Source: a virus | Taxonomy: Duplodnaviria; Caudoviricetes | DNA length: 64,000 nt | Reading direction: 5' to 3' (one strand) | Virus record (IMG/VR): IMGVR_UViG_3300021255_000050 | Span: 32,001-96,000 of that record | Part shown: in pieces, positions 10,873 through 20,640 of the stretch | How the letters are laid out: every line of letters begins with the position of its first letter | How positions within the stretch are numbered: the first letter of the stretch is position 1 | The notes under the pieces: model-generated | Databases searched by the model: none | What the model was told of the DNA's origin: nothing | The model's input: only the letters and a program-made list of their open reading frames with translations | Made by a program: the position numbers and the translations under genes

Positions 10873-11157
10873 ATGAAGAAATCAGAGAAGCATCGACTGA
10901 TATGGCGCAAGACGACTGGCAACCGGTGCTCTCACTGTGGGAACATCTGCTACTGTAACAAGACGGTTGACCATGTCGTGCCGAAAGCTGCCGGTGGGAC
11001 GAATGCAATGGACAACCTGATGCCAGTCTGTGAGAAGTGCAATAAGATTCGCGGGGCCGAAGAAGTGAACCCGTGGAAATTCTACAAGTATGCTAAGAAG
11101 GAAGAGATTGCGAGAAGCGTAAGATACAAGAACAACTTTAATAAGCATTGTGTGTAA
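10873..11157 (+). CDS. HNH endonuclease
   Basis: CSHCG...TVDHVVPKAAGGTNAMDNLMPVCEKCNKIRG. Confidence 0.9.
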   Translation: MKKSEKHRLIWRKTTGNRCSHCGNICYCNKTVDHVVPKAAGGTNAMDNLMPVCEKCNKIRGAEEVNPWKFYKYAKKEEIARSVRYKNNFNKHCV

Positions 11158-11165
11158 GGTAGGCG

Positions 11166-11618
11166 ATGCCTATGAATTATATAGGTATAGACCCAGGGAA
11201 AACAGGGGGATATGCTGCGATAATCAATGGGGTTCCAGAGACGCACATCTGGAACTCCGAAGAGTTTATTGTGTGGATCAGGAACATGAAGACACCGGTC
11301 GCGACTTGCCTCGAAGGAGTTCATGCTTTCCCTACAGACCGGGGTTCGGTTTCGACATTTAACTTTGGCAAGAGCGCCGGCTTCATTGAGGGTGTGCTCA
11401 TGTCGTACAACATTCCATACCAGCGGGTGGACCCTCGCAAATGGAAGGGAGAGTTCGGGCTGGACTCTGACAAGCAAAAATCAATCGACCTGTGCAAGCA
11501 ACTGTTCCCGGACGTGTCTCTGCTGCCGAATGATCGCTGTAAAAAAGACTCGGATGGAATGGCTGAAGCGCTGCTCATGGCTGAGTACGCGCGTCGGCAC
11601 TTTATAAATGGCGTATAA
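11166..11618 (+). CDS. RuvC-like Holliday junction resolvase
   Basis: YIGIDPGKTGG, LEGV, F.FG...G, P.KWK, DGMAEALLMAEY. Confidence 0.85.
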   Translation: MPMNYIGIDPGKTGGYAAIINGVPETHIWNSEEFIVWIRNMKTPVATCLEGVHAFPTDRGSVSTFNFGKSAGFIEGVLMSYNIPYQRVDPRKWKGEFGLDSDKQKSIDLCKQLFPDVSLLPNDRCKKDSDGMAEALLMAEYARRHFINGV

Positions 11619-11635
11619 TGGAGAGGTGATTAACC

Positions 11636-11668
11636 GTCAAGAACCCACCACCTAAAGGTGGCGGGTTT
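11636..11668 (+). mobile_element. Solo IS200/IS605(IscB)-type end hairpin remnant
   Basis: GTCAAGAACCCACCACCTAAAGGTGGCGGGTTT resembles the GTCAA..ACCC-stem-TAAA-stem-GGG ends of IscB/IS605 elements; no tnp or iscB ORF nearby. Confidence 0.4.
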
Positions 11669-11785
11669 CCGCCACTAAGGAGTTTTAATGAAGGAGTTTA
11701 TTATGTGGATAATTCCTTTAATTCCTTTGATTATTACAGGCAGTTATTTGTTTGCTTATTTCTATTTAAAATAGGAGTTTTGATT

Positions 11786-11938
11786 ATGACTGTAAAAGAA
11801 CTAATTGAATTACTGCAAAAGGAAGACCCAAACGCGCTTGTTTACACGATGGACAATACAGACGATCTTGCCTTTGCTGTCACAGAGATTAGCAGAAATG
11901 TTCTTGTTGGGAAAGATGATACAGTTTTAATACATTAA
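11786..11938 (+). CDS. 50-aa hypothetical protein (duplicate of 8840-8992)
   Basis: MTVKELIELLQKEDPNALVYTMDNTDD... Confidence 0.7.
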   Translation: MTVKELIELLQKEDPNALVYTMDNTDDLAFAVTEISRNVLVGKDDTVLIH

Positions 11939-11957
11939 AATAGCACGGAGGTACTAT

Positions 11958-12452
11958 ATGAACGTTTTTGAGAAGGTAACCTTCAGGCAATTCTACGATG
12001 ACTTCGTGGATTGCTATGGCAATGTGTGTTCTGAAGACTCTGTTCGAGACATTTATGATGGCATCAAGATTCCGCAGCGCTCTACGGCTGAGTCAGCTGG
12101 GTATGATTTCTATTGCCCGTATCAACTCGAAATGAAGAGTCACAAACAGGACACAATCCTCACTGGTATACGCGTGGTCATGGACCCCGGCAATGTGCTG
12201 CTGATTTTCCCGAGGTCTGGACTGGCTACAAAGCATGGCCTCATCCTTGTAAATACAATTCCTGTGATCGATGCGGACTATTACAAGGCAAAGAACGAGG
12301 GCCATATCAAGCTGGTCATGAAGCCTGACGTTGACTACATCATCGGCCAGGACGAGCGCGTTGCACAGGGCATTATCATGCCGTTTGTTACTGCACTGAA
12401 CGGCAACACTGACAACCAGCGCGTTGGCGGCTTCGGGTCTACTGGTGTATGA
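11958..12452 (+). CDS. dut: Trimeric dUTPase
   Basis: SAGYD, PRSG, VIDADY..EG, ERVAQG, R.GGFGSTG motifs. Confidence 0.95.
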   Translation: MNVFEKVTFRQFYDDFVDCYGNVCSEDSVRDIYDGIKIPQRSTAESAGYDFYCPYQLEMKSHKQDTILTGIRVVMDPGNVLLIFPRSGLATKHGLILVNTIPVIDADYYKAKNEGHIKLVMKPDVDYIIGQDERVAQGIIMPFVTALNGNTDNQRVGGFGSTGV

Positions 12453-12909
12453 CGATGGCTGAGAAGGTAAAGGAGTGGCTGGCAGCAGCAAGGCACGACA
12501 CAACATACCAGATTGCGTATAGCGCAGCCTATGAGTGGGCTGGCAAGCGAGCTAAAGATTATTCGAAAGACCCTGAAACATTCCTGAACAAAATGGTAAC
12601 TGCAATAAACAGTGAGATCAAAAGAACGGAGCTGCTTGGTGCGGCTGCTACGAAATCATACAAGGACGGCTACGTTATGGCGCTGTCGCGAATCAGACTG
12701 GAGCTTCTTAAATCTTTCTTGGCAGGAGCTGGTGCTGATGACGAGGTATGAACAGATTCGTGGCATGACCGAGAACCAATTGGCAGCTTTTCTTTGCATA
12801 ATCCACGGCATGGACTGCGAACACTGTCCGTTTGGCAAGGAGAAACCAAAGGACTATCCCATGCTCTGCAGCGGATGGTGGTTGATGCAGGAAGTAGGAG
12901 GACAAGACG

Positions 12910-13887
12910 ATGGTCAAACCCCATAAGGTTCACCACTTTACCCATACAGACCTCGACGGCGTAGGCTGCGCATGTATCTCACAGGTTGCACTGGCAAGGC
13001 GCGAAGACGTGGAGCTGGAGGTAAAGTACTGCAACTATTCAGACATAGACAATGAAGTAAACAAGCTGCTTGATGACCTCGAAGAGCACAGGAAGATCGA
13101 AAGCTACGAAGCTTTCCGCAAGCACACCATCCTCATCACTGATCTGTCAGTAAATGAGGAGACTGCGAAGCGCCTTGATGCTTATAACGACAAAGATACC
13201 GTTGTTATGCTGGACCACCACAAGCTGCCTGACAGCATGAGGGTGCGTAACTGGGCTGTAGTCGCAGATAACGGAGAGGAAAGCGGGACCTCGCTTACTT
13301 TCAGATACTTCTATGGCAACCAGATACAGGGGCTGCAGGGCATCATCGACTTCGTAGAAAATGTTACACTTTACGACAACTGGAAGTTCGACCCCGAAGT
13401 CCGCAGCCGGCCGCAGGACTTTAACAAGTACATGTATACCTTTGGCCGCAAGTATTTCGTGAACTATATCACTGACCAGCTGACACTCTTCCCGAACACG
13501 GGCGTAGACCTCGACGATGAACTGCTCGAAGCGCTGTATGACCGCGACGAAGCGTACATCAAGGCGGTATCCCGCAAGGCAAAGCCTGTTACTTACAACG
13601 GGCTGCACGGAATGTATGTCTTTGCTGAGCAGCAGGTGTCTCGCATGGGTCACAGGATTTTGATTGAGAATCCAACCATTGATTTCGCAGTCATCATCCT
13701 CGCACCGGGCAATGTTTCGCTTCGGTCAAGGGATGACGGCGATATTGACGTGGCCGAAATCGCGAAGCACTTTGGCGGCGGTGGTCATACGCACGCAGCA
13801 GGCTACCAGCTGGCCGAACCATACACATTTACCATGGAGGATAACGATGAGAAAGCTTGCATCGATCCAGAAGATTCTCGAGCTTAA
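12910..13887 (+). CDS. DHH/DHHA1 phosphoesterase (NrnB/oligoribonuclease-like)
   Basis: THTDLDG, ITDL, LDHH, SLRS, GGGGHTHAAG. Confidence 0.9.
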   Translation: MVKPHKVHHFTHTDLDGVGCACISQVALARREDVELEVKYCNYSDIDNEVNKLLDDLEEHRKIESYEAFRKHTILITDLSVNEETAKRLDAYNDKDTVVMLDHHKLPDSMRVRNWAVVADNGEESGTSLTFRYFYGNQIQGLQGIIDFVENVTLYDNWKFDPEVRSRPQDFNKYMYTFGRKYFVNYITDQLTLFPNTGVDLDDELLEALYDRDEAYIKAVSRKAKPVTYNGLHGMYVFAEQQVSRMGHRILIENPTIDFAVIILAPGNVSLRSRDDGDIDVAEIAKHFGGGGHTHAAGYQLAEPYTFTMEDNDEKACIDPEDSRA

Positions 13888-14932
13888 CCCCATTCCGGGG
13901 AAAGACCGGATTGAGCTGGCCACGATCGAGGGCTGGCATGTAATCGTCGCAAAAGACGAGTTTAAAGTGAATGATCTCTGCGTCTACTGCGAGATTGATT
14001 CAGTCTTGCCGGAGCGTGAAGAGTTTAAAGTTCTTGAGCGGACCAAATACCGCGTGAAAACCCTGAAGCTTGGGGGAGTTATAAGTCAGGGCATCGTGTT
14101 TCCCTTATCTGTGCTGCCGAAACCTGCGGATAAGTACAGCGAAGGGGACGACGTCACGGATGAACTTGGCGTAACGAAGTATGACCCCGAACCTGAGGCT
14201 GAGCCGATGGAAAGGAAGCCCAAACAGAAGAAGTGGTATGAAAACACTTTCCTGATGAGGTTCGCGTGGTTCCGAAAGCTGCTCAAGAAGCATACATCAT
14301 CTGCTGATTTCCCTACTGAGTACGTCAAGAAGACTGACGAAGTGCGAATCCAGAATGCGCCGTGGTTCCTGAAGGAAAACATTAAGCAGCCATGGATTCT
14401 CACAGAGAAAGTTGACGGAACCTCCGGGACTTTCCTCCTTGTGCAGCACAAACGGAAGCTTGAGTACTTTGTTTGCTCGCGAAACCGCCGGATAGTCGAA
14501 CCAGATGATTCGATTTACTGGAAAGTGAGCGAAAAGTACGGGCTGCAGGAAGTTCTTGCCAAGATTATGAAAGGCACCGGCCAGAACTGGGCGTGCATTC
14601 AGGGTGAATGTATTGGTCCCGGTGTACAAAAGAACAAGTACATGCGACATGATTGCGAATTCTACGCATTCAATGTGATTTGTGGTGACCGCGGCCTGAT
14701 GAACTCCCTTGATGCGAAGGAGTTGCTGCTCACCTACGACGTGCCGTTCGTGCCGATCGTAGATGTAGCTGAAGTGCTGCCGGAAACTGTGGATGATATG
14801 CTCGCGAAAGCTCACGGTAAGTCGAAATTGTGTAAGGATACGCTGCGAGAAGGACTTGTATGTCGTAGTTGGGATGCCAGAAAGTCTTTCAAAGCTGTAG
14901 ATCCGCAATTCCTTATTAAGTGGGATGAGTAA
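13847..14932 (+). CDS. ATP-dependent RNA ligase (DRB0094-like, N-terminal OB fold)
   Basis: MRKLASIQKI..L.PI.G.DRIE N-terminus; TEKVDGTS, QGE, FYAF, REGLV, SFK nucleotidyltransferase motifs; SD GGAGG. Confidence 0.85.
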   Translation: MRKLASIQKILELNPIPGKDRIELATIEGWHVIVAKDEFKVNDLCVYCEIDSVLPEREEFKVLERTKYRVKTLKLGGVISQGIVFPLSVLPKPADKYSEGDDVTDELGVTKYDPEPEAEPMERKPKQKKWYENTFLMRFAWFRKLLKKHTSSADFPTEYVKKTDEVRIQNAPWFLKENIKQPWILTEKVDGTSGTFLLVQHKRKLEYFVCSRNRRIVEPDDSIYWKVSEKYGLQEVLAKIMKGTGQNWACIQGECIGPGVQKNKYMRHDCEFYAFNVICGDRGLMNSLDAKELLLTYDVPFVPIVDVAEVLPETVDDMLAKAHGKSKLCKDTLREGLVCRSWDARKSFKAVDPQFLIKWDE

Positions 14933-14933
14933 A

Positions 14934-15086
14934 ATGGCAAAAGGCACTCTGAATGTAAACAGCGTGAATAACTACATGGCTGGTTACGAATGGGACGACG
15001 ATGACGATCTAACTCAGGAAGAGGACGAACATGAGGACCTTGACTATGAGGTGGATGAAAATGGTCTAGTAATAGTAAAGGATTGA
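14934..15086 (+). CDS. 50-aa highly acidic protein
   Basis: WDDDDDLTQEEDEHEDLDYEVDE; fills the gap between neighbouring genes. Confidence 0.55.
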   Translation: MAKGTLNVNSVNNYMAGYEWDDDDDLTQEEDEHEDLDYEVDENGLVIVKD

Positions 15087-15087
15087 T

Positions 15088-15444
15088 TTGATGGAAAAAG
15101 TGTACGTTGTAATGGCTCGGTTCGAAGAGGAATACCTGCCGCTGAAGGTTTTTTCTGACAGAGATGATGCTGAAAAGTTCATCGAGGTCATGATGTACGA
15201 AGCCGGCGAGGCTGGCTATGTGTACGTCAAGGAAGTACCCTTCAATGACATTACGTTTGAAGAAGAAGAGTACAATGATGACGATGACGACGAAGATGAA
15301 GACGATGATGATGAAGAAAAAGAAGATAGCGAAGACGAAGAAGACGGCGATGAAGATGGCGATGATGCTATCTGGAATTACCTGAGATTTATGCATGCAT
15401 ATTGCGAGCTGATGGACTCGCTTGAAAAAGTAAAGGAAGATTAA
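15088..15444 (+). CDS. Acidic protein with long D/E tract
   Basis: EEEEYNDDDDDEDEDDDDEEKEDSEDEEDGDEDGDD. Confidence 0.7.
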   Translation: MMEKVYVVMARFEEEYLPLKVFSDRDDAEKFIEVMMYEAGEAGYVYVKEVPFNDITFEEEEYNDDDDDEDEDDDDEEKEDSEDEEDGDEDGDDAIWNYLRFMHAYCELMDSLEKVKED

Positions 15445-16447
15445 ATGGATACTGGATTCTGCACATATAACGACAACACATGGGAGGTTTCCTCTGACGA
15501 GCGCAAGTGGATCAACAAAATCCTGAAGCTCGCCGAGGACCACCCGGACGAAGTTAAGATCACACAGCAGCCGGAATCGAACTACGGTATGATCGTAGCT
15601 CACATCCCTGCGAGCTGGTTCAAGATCATGCCGCCTCGCAAGCTCAACCTCACAGAAGAACAGCGCAGCCAGATGGCCGAACGCCTTAAGGCAGGAAGGG
15701 AAAAGTTATGATGAAGATGTCGAAGATTAAGAAGGTTTGTGTCAAGCGTGAAAGCATCCAGATGATCACTCCACTGATTCCTGAGAACATGGTCCAGCAG
15801 TGGGTTGGTGCATCAAGCTGCGTATTCTTCCCGATTGCGAAAACGCAGATGACGCCTGCCGAGCTTGGCCAGTTCTGGGATATTACTGCGGATAAAGTCC
15901 AGGCTTATGTGAATGACAAGCCTGACGAGCAGCTGGCCCCGGCGCTTTCGAGAGTGCCGGTGATGGCAAGCGCAGATAAGCCCATGGACCTGTATGATTT
16001 CGGCGATATCTACGTCCTGCATGACACCAGGAACAACAAGACATACATGGTTAGCGCGGCTGATGTGGAACCCTGCATGGGTAACGAAATGCCGGCGTTT
16101 GTACCACTGCCTGACTTCGAGTTCTTCGCAGACTGGCTGGGCGTGTACGTGGATGGCAAGCTGTGCGAGGTCGTGAAGTGTGTGGATGAGCCTGTGAAGA
16201 GAAGAATCTATACGATCATGAACAAGCTGTCTACGGTGGATGGTTTGGTTTCGTAAATAAGGGGTGATTCCATGTTCTCATGGAGTCAGTTTTGTGTTAT
16301 AGCGCTCATGGTCATCGCAGCTGTTGTTTCTTATCGGCAGTATAAGAAAGATAAGAACAAAGATGCGCTGACCTGGGCGCTGATTTTTTCATATTGGGTT
16401 GTTCTTACGATAAAGAACTTATGTGACTTCATACACATATAAAGGAC

Positions 16448-18917
16448 GTGACCTACATGCAGTATGTATATAAAAGAGATGGAAAGAAGCAAGCTTTTGA
16501 CTCTAATAAAATCATAACTGCAATCACAAAATCCATGGAATCGACGGGCGATATAGATGAAGCGCTCGCCAAGCATATAGCTGACAAGATATCAGAGATA
16601 CCAGACAACATGAACGTAGAAGATATCCAAAACCTTGTTGAACAACACCTGATGGATAGCGATAGGAAGGATGTAGCGAAAGCTTACATCATTTACAGAG
16701 CTGAAAGAACCAGGATAAGGCAGAAGAACAGCGCAATCATGAAGCTGTTTGCCGAGAAGCTGACCGCAAAGAACATCGAGAACCAGAATGCAAACGTGGA
16801 TGAAGCGTCTTTCGGCGGCAGAATCGGCGAGGCTGCTGATGCTATGATGACGCAGTATGCCCTTGACAACTGCATGACCGAGAAGTCTCGCAGGAACCAT
16901 GAAGAGAACAGGATTTACATCCACGACAGGAACAGGTATGCCGTTGGTCAGCATAATTGTCTAACTATTCCTTTCGATGATCTGCTGGCCAATGGTTTCA
17001 ATACAAGACAGACGGATGTGCGCCCCGCAAACTCTATCAACACAGCCTTCCAACTGTTGGCTGTTATCTTTCAGCTTCAATCTCTGCAGCAGTTTGGTGG
17101 TGTTGCCGCTGGCCATCTTGACTGGACCATGGTTCCGTATGTGAAGAAGAGTTTTTACAAGCACTTTCAGGATGCGCTGAAGTATATTGGTACTGATGAA
17201 GATAGGGAACTGTATCAGTATGCGAAGCCAACGTGGAGTATTGATGAATACCCTGTCAGTGCTGGCAATAAGCTATTTGATTATTCCATGAACATGACGC
17301 TCAAGGAATTGAAGCAGGCTGTTGAAGCGCTTTACCATAATCTCAATACTCTGCAGTCCCGCAGTGGCAACCAGCTGCCATTCAGCTCCATTAACTACGG
17401 CACATGCACGCTGCCTGAAGGAAGAATGGTAACGAAGGCTCTGCTTGAAGGTCTTATCAATGGCGTTGGTAAGCTGCACAAGACATCCATCTTCCCTTGT
17501 GGAATCTTCCAGTACAAGAAGTTTGTTAATGATAAGCCAGGAACCCCGAACTATGATCTTTTCAGGCTGGCACTGAAGGCTACATCTATGAGACTGTATC
17601 CGAACTACGCGAACTGCGATTGGTCAGGCAATGATGGCTATGATCCGAATGATCCTCGCACGTACTTCGCTACAATGGGATGCCGTACAGCAAATGGCTG
17701 GGATATAAACGGTTTCGGCCAGCTGAAAGACGGACGAGGAAACATCTGTCCTGTAACAATCATTCTGCCGACTGTAGCAATGGAAGCTACCGAGTATGCA
17801 GAAGAACACAATCTGGATAAGGTCGAGTACTTTATGACTTATCTTGCCAACGTAATCGAAGATGCGAAGGATATGCTTATTGAACGGTTTGAATATATCT
17901 GTTCGCAACCGCCTGAGTCTGCTAAGTTTATGTACGAGAACGGCGTTATGGCTGGATATATTCCTGAAGAAGGCACACGGTCGGCACTCAAGCATGGCAC
18001 ACTCGCTATGGGCCAACTCGGTCTTGCTGAAACGCTGCAGATTCTCATCGGTTGCAACCATACAGAGCCGAGAGGTATGGATTTGGCAAAGAGAATCGAG
18101 CAACTGTTCGCCGCCAAGTGCAAAGCATACAAAGAAAACTATAAGCTAAATATAGGCGTTTACTATTCACCATCCGAAAACCTATGTTACACAGCCATGA
18201 ATAAATTCAAAGACAGATATGGTGAGATCAAGAACGTCAGCGACCGTGCATACTTCACAAACAGCATGCATATTCCTGTATGGGAAAAGATCGGAGCATT
18301 CCAGAAGATTGATCTTGAATCTCAGCTTACAGGCTACTCAAGCGCCGGCTGTATTACATATATCGAGCTTGAAAGTTCTGTGAAGAATAACATTGATGCA
18401 ATTGAAACGTATGTCACCTATGCAATGGAGCATGACATTCCGTACTTTGCAATAAACGTTCCGAATGACACATGCCTTGAATGTGGATACACAGATGAAT
18501 TCAACGATAGATGTCCGGTGTGTGGCTCAACAAAAATACAAAGACTGCGGCGTGTTACTGGGTAGAATTATGCCCCTCTTAACAGTGATGTTTAGAGCAA
18601 ACCTCTTTAATTGCTGGAAACTCCTGCAAAGGATAATCAGCAGCCAAGTCTCGTAAGAGAAAGGTTCAACGACCATCCCGCAAGGGAGTAGGATCAAGTG
18701 ATCCGAAATGGGAGGCGGCTCAACAGAGTCGATGATATGGTCTGATCTCTGCAGCAATGTAGAGCTGTCGAAAGACGCATATGTAGTAACGAAACATATG
18801 GAACATAATGATCTCAGCGCCGACTATACCACATCGTTTAATCCAGGAAAACAAGCAGAAGTAAAGGATCGAATAAAGCATACAACATATGCAAGCTTCA
18901 AGGACAATATTTCCTAA
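16448..18917 (+). CDS. nrdD: Anaerobic (class III) ribonucleotide reductase with ATP cone; join(16448..18563,18811..18917)
   Basis: KRDG ATP cone, HNCL, TMGCRT, CxxC..CxxC; splicing restores the glycyl-radical loop RRVTGYLS...FNPGKQAEVKDRIKH. Confidence 0.93.
18564..18810 (+). ncRNA. Group I intron (IA2-like, 247 nt, no ORF) in nrdD
   Basis: P1 exon GGGU/GCCC with U.G at the 5' site; AAUUGCUGGAAA P element; P3 CCUCU/GGAGG; P7 GACCA/UGGUC; terminal G at 18810. Confidence 0.92.
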
Positions 18918-19446
18918 CTTATCCGGCATAGTTTACGAGAGCATCGTTGATGGTCCAGGAGTAAGGACTGCTATATTTCTTAGCGGATGCAATCATAACT
19001 GTGCCGGATGTCATAATCCTGAGACACACAATCCTAACTTCGGCTTTCAATTGGTAGAAGAAGATATCATACAAATCGCAGACAATATTGTCAAAAGTCC
19101 ATACATATCCGGCATTACTCTGACTGGTGGCGACCCGCTATTCTGGCCGCAGAATACCCTTAACCTTCTTAAGTATCTGCTTTTCTACATCATTAAGAAG
19201 GACAACAACTGGGTGCAGGAAAGGAAATCACCGATCTGGATTTATACAGGATATATTTATGAGAACATCAACAAAGATGATAACGATATGGATGACGTTC
19301 TTCACATGGCTAATGTATTAGTTGACGGACCTTTCATCCAGAAGCTTGCTGATAGAACGCTGGCATTCAGAGGATCGTCAAACCAAAGGATAATCGATCT
19401 AAGAGAAACTAGAAAGAACAGGGAAGTCGTATTATGGCAGCCCTAA
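18889..19446 (+). CDS. nrdG: Anaerobic RNR activating enzyme (radical SAM)
   Basis: SIVDGPGVR, CNHNCAGCHN, GGDP, DGPF, RGSSNQ. Confidence 0.93.
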   Translation: MQASRTIFPNLSGIVYESIVDGPGVRTAIFLSGCNHNCAGCHNPETHNPNFGFQLVEEDIIQIADNIVKSPYISGITLTGGDPLFWPQNTLNLLKYLLFYIIKKDNNWVQERKSPIWIYTGYIYENINKDDNDMDDVLHMANVLVDGPFIQKLADRTLAFRGSSNQRIIDLRETRKNREVVLWQP

Positions 19447-19460
19447 AATGGAGGAACATA

Positions 19461-19802
19461 ATGGACCACAATATTATGTTTGGTGTCATGCCCGATGCGC
19501 CCGTCGAAACCAACGCCAGAGGTGGCAAGCAGTCCTCGTCGCCCTATGCTTTCGAGCTGCTGCCGATCACCTCTATGTTTGCTGCAGCAAAGGTAGCCCG
19601 TGAAGGCGCGACTAAGTACGGCGAAACATTCGGCGACCGCAACTACACCAAGATCCCCTCGACGGACCACATTAACCACGCTATCGCCCATCTGTACGCA
19701 CACCTCGCCGGCGACACCAGCGACGAGCACCTTGCCCACGCGATCGTGCGCCTGCTGTTTGCGTATGATTGCTGGAAGGATGAAACGGATGTACCTGTAT
19801 AA
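19461..19802 (+). CDS. dATP/dGTP diphosphohydrolase-like (DUF5664) protein
   Basis: GGK.....ELLP, EGATKYG..RNY, DEHLAHA. Confidence 0.7.
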   Translation: MDHNIMFGVMPDAPVETNARGGKQSSSPYAFELLPITSMFAAAKVAREGATKYGETFGDRNYTKIPSTDHINHAIAHLYAHLAGDTSDEHLAHAIVRLLFAYDCWKDETDVPV

Positions 19803-20050
19803 GTACTACGGTGCGTTCGGCGAGAAGCTCGCAGACGATGAGTATACGCTCATCGACAAAGATATAGCTGCAGAAGATGCGCTTCACGCAGTTTATGATG
19901 ACCTCGGTTTCACCCCGCGCTACGTTCGAACAACAGAGCCGGACGAGCAGGGTGTAACCTACTTTGATTATGGTTCACACACAACATTCTATGTGCTACT
20001 CCCACGGCCGTGGGAGTTGTGTTAATCACGGCGCCCTCGTGGCGCCACAT

Positions 20051-20126
20051 GCAAGCGTAGCTCAGTGGTGAGAGCAGGTTCCTTATAAGTGCCGTGCCGC
20101 TGGTTCGATTCCAGCCGCTTGTACCA
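20051..20126 (+). tRNA. tRNA-Ile(UAU)
   Basis: Cloverleaf: GCAAGCG/CGCTTGT acceptor, GCTC/GAGC D-stem, loop CT-TAT-AA, TTCGATT T-loop, encoded CCA; one mismatch in the anticodon stem. Confidence 0.8.
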
Positions 20127-20195
20127 GGGCGTGGTGGTAGTTCAGACAGGTAGAACACTCGTAGATGACGGTTCAACCCCGTCCCGCCTCGCCCA
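20127..20195 (+). ncRNA. tRNA-like RNA lacking an anticodon arm
   Basis: Extended acceptor GGGCGTGGTGG/CCGCCTCGCCC, D-arm GTTC..GGTA..GAAC, T-arm GACGG-TTCAACC-CCGTC; only ~10 nt between D and T arms. Confidence 0.65.
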
Positions 20196-20198
20196 TAT

Positions 20199-20274
20199 GC
20201 AGACATAACTCAATGGATAGAGAAAAGGTAGCGATCGCTACCTTATATGCGGGTTCGACTACTGCTGTCTGCCA
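20199..20274 (+). ncRNA. tRNA-like RNA with palindromic pseudo-anticodon arm
   Basis: GCAGACA/TGTCTGC acceptor, D-arm, GGTTCGAC T-loop; anticodon arm is the perfect palindrome AAGGTAGC-GATC-GCTACCTT (no 7-nt loop). Confidence 0.6.
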
Positions 20275-20356
20275 TGGGATCGGTGCGCTTTATGTCAATC
20301 TAACCAAGCAAAACAGCAAAGACATGTGGCAGCCGGGAACGAGACCGGCAAAACAT

Positions 20357-20430
20357 TGGGGATTAGTATATTGGCTTGATTACACCCGGCTTTGAACCGG
20401 GTAAGAGTGGATCGTAACCACTATCCCCAG
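20357..20430 (+). tRNA. tRNA-Gln(UUG)
   Basis: TGGGGAT/ATCCCCA acceptor, CCCGG-CTTTGAA-CCGGG anticodon arm, AGTGG-ATCGTAA-CCACT T-arm; CCA not encoded. Confidence 0.8.
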
Positions 20431-20454
20431 CTTTTCATGAAAGGATGTGAGACT

Positions 20455-20640
20455 ATGGACCTCGACAAGCTGAATGAGAAGCTCGAACCTTGCCCATTCT
20501 GCGGAGAACTGGCTGGAGTCGGCATCCTTGGCGGCAAATTCTTCATCGCATGCACGCATTGCCCTGCTTGCTTCCCACCAAACGGCATGGAACTGGAGGA
20601 ATTAATCAAATGTTGGAACGAAAGAGCAAAAGATACGTGA
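20455..20640 (+). CDS. Lar-like restriction alleviation protein
   Basis: LEPCPFCG...C..C......WNERA. Confidence 0.7.
   Translation: MDLDKLNEKLEPCPFCGELAGVGILGGKFFIACTHCPACFPPNGMELEELIKCWNERAKDT

Noticed and set aside
18563-18917. Stop-codon recoding (TAG read-through) in nrdD, or a separate 69-aa gene at 18708-18917
   Set aside because: A full group I core explains the break; other genes are intact under the standard code
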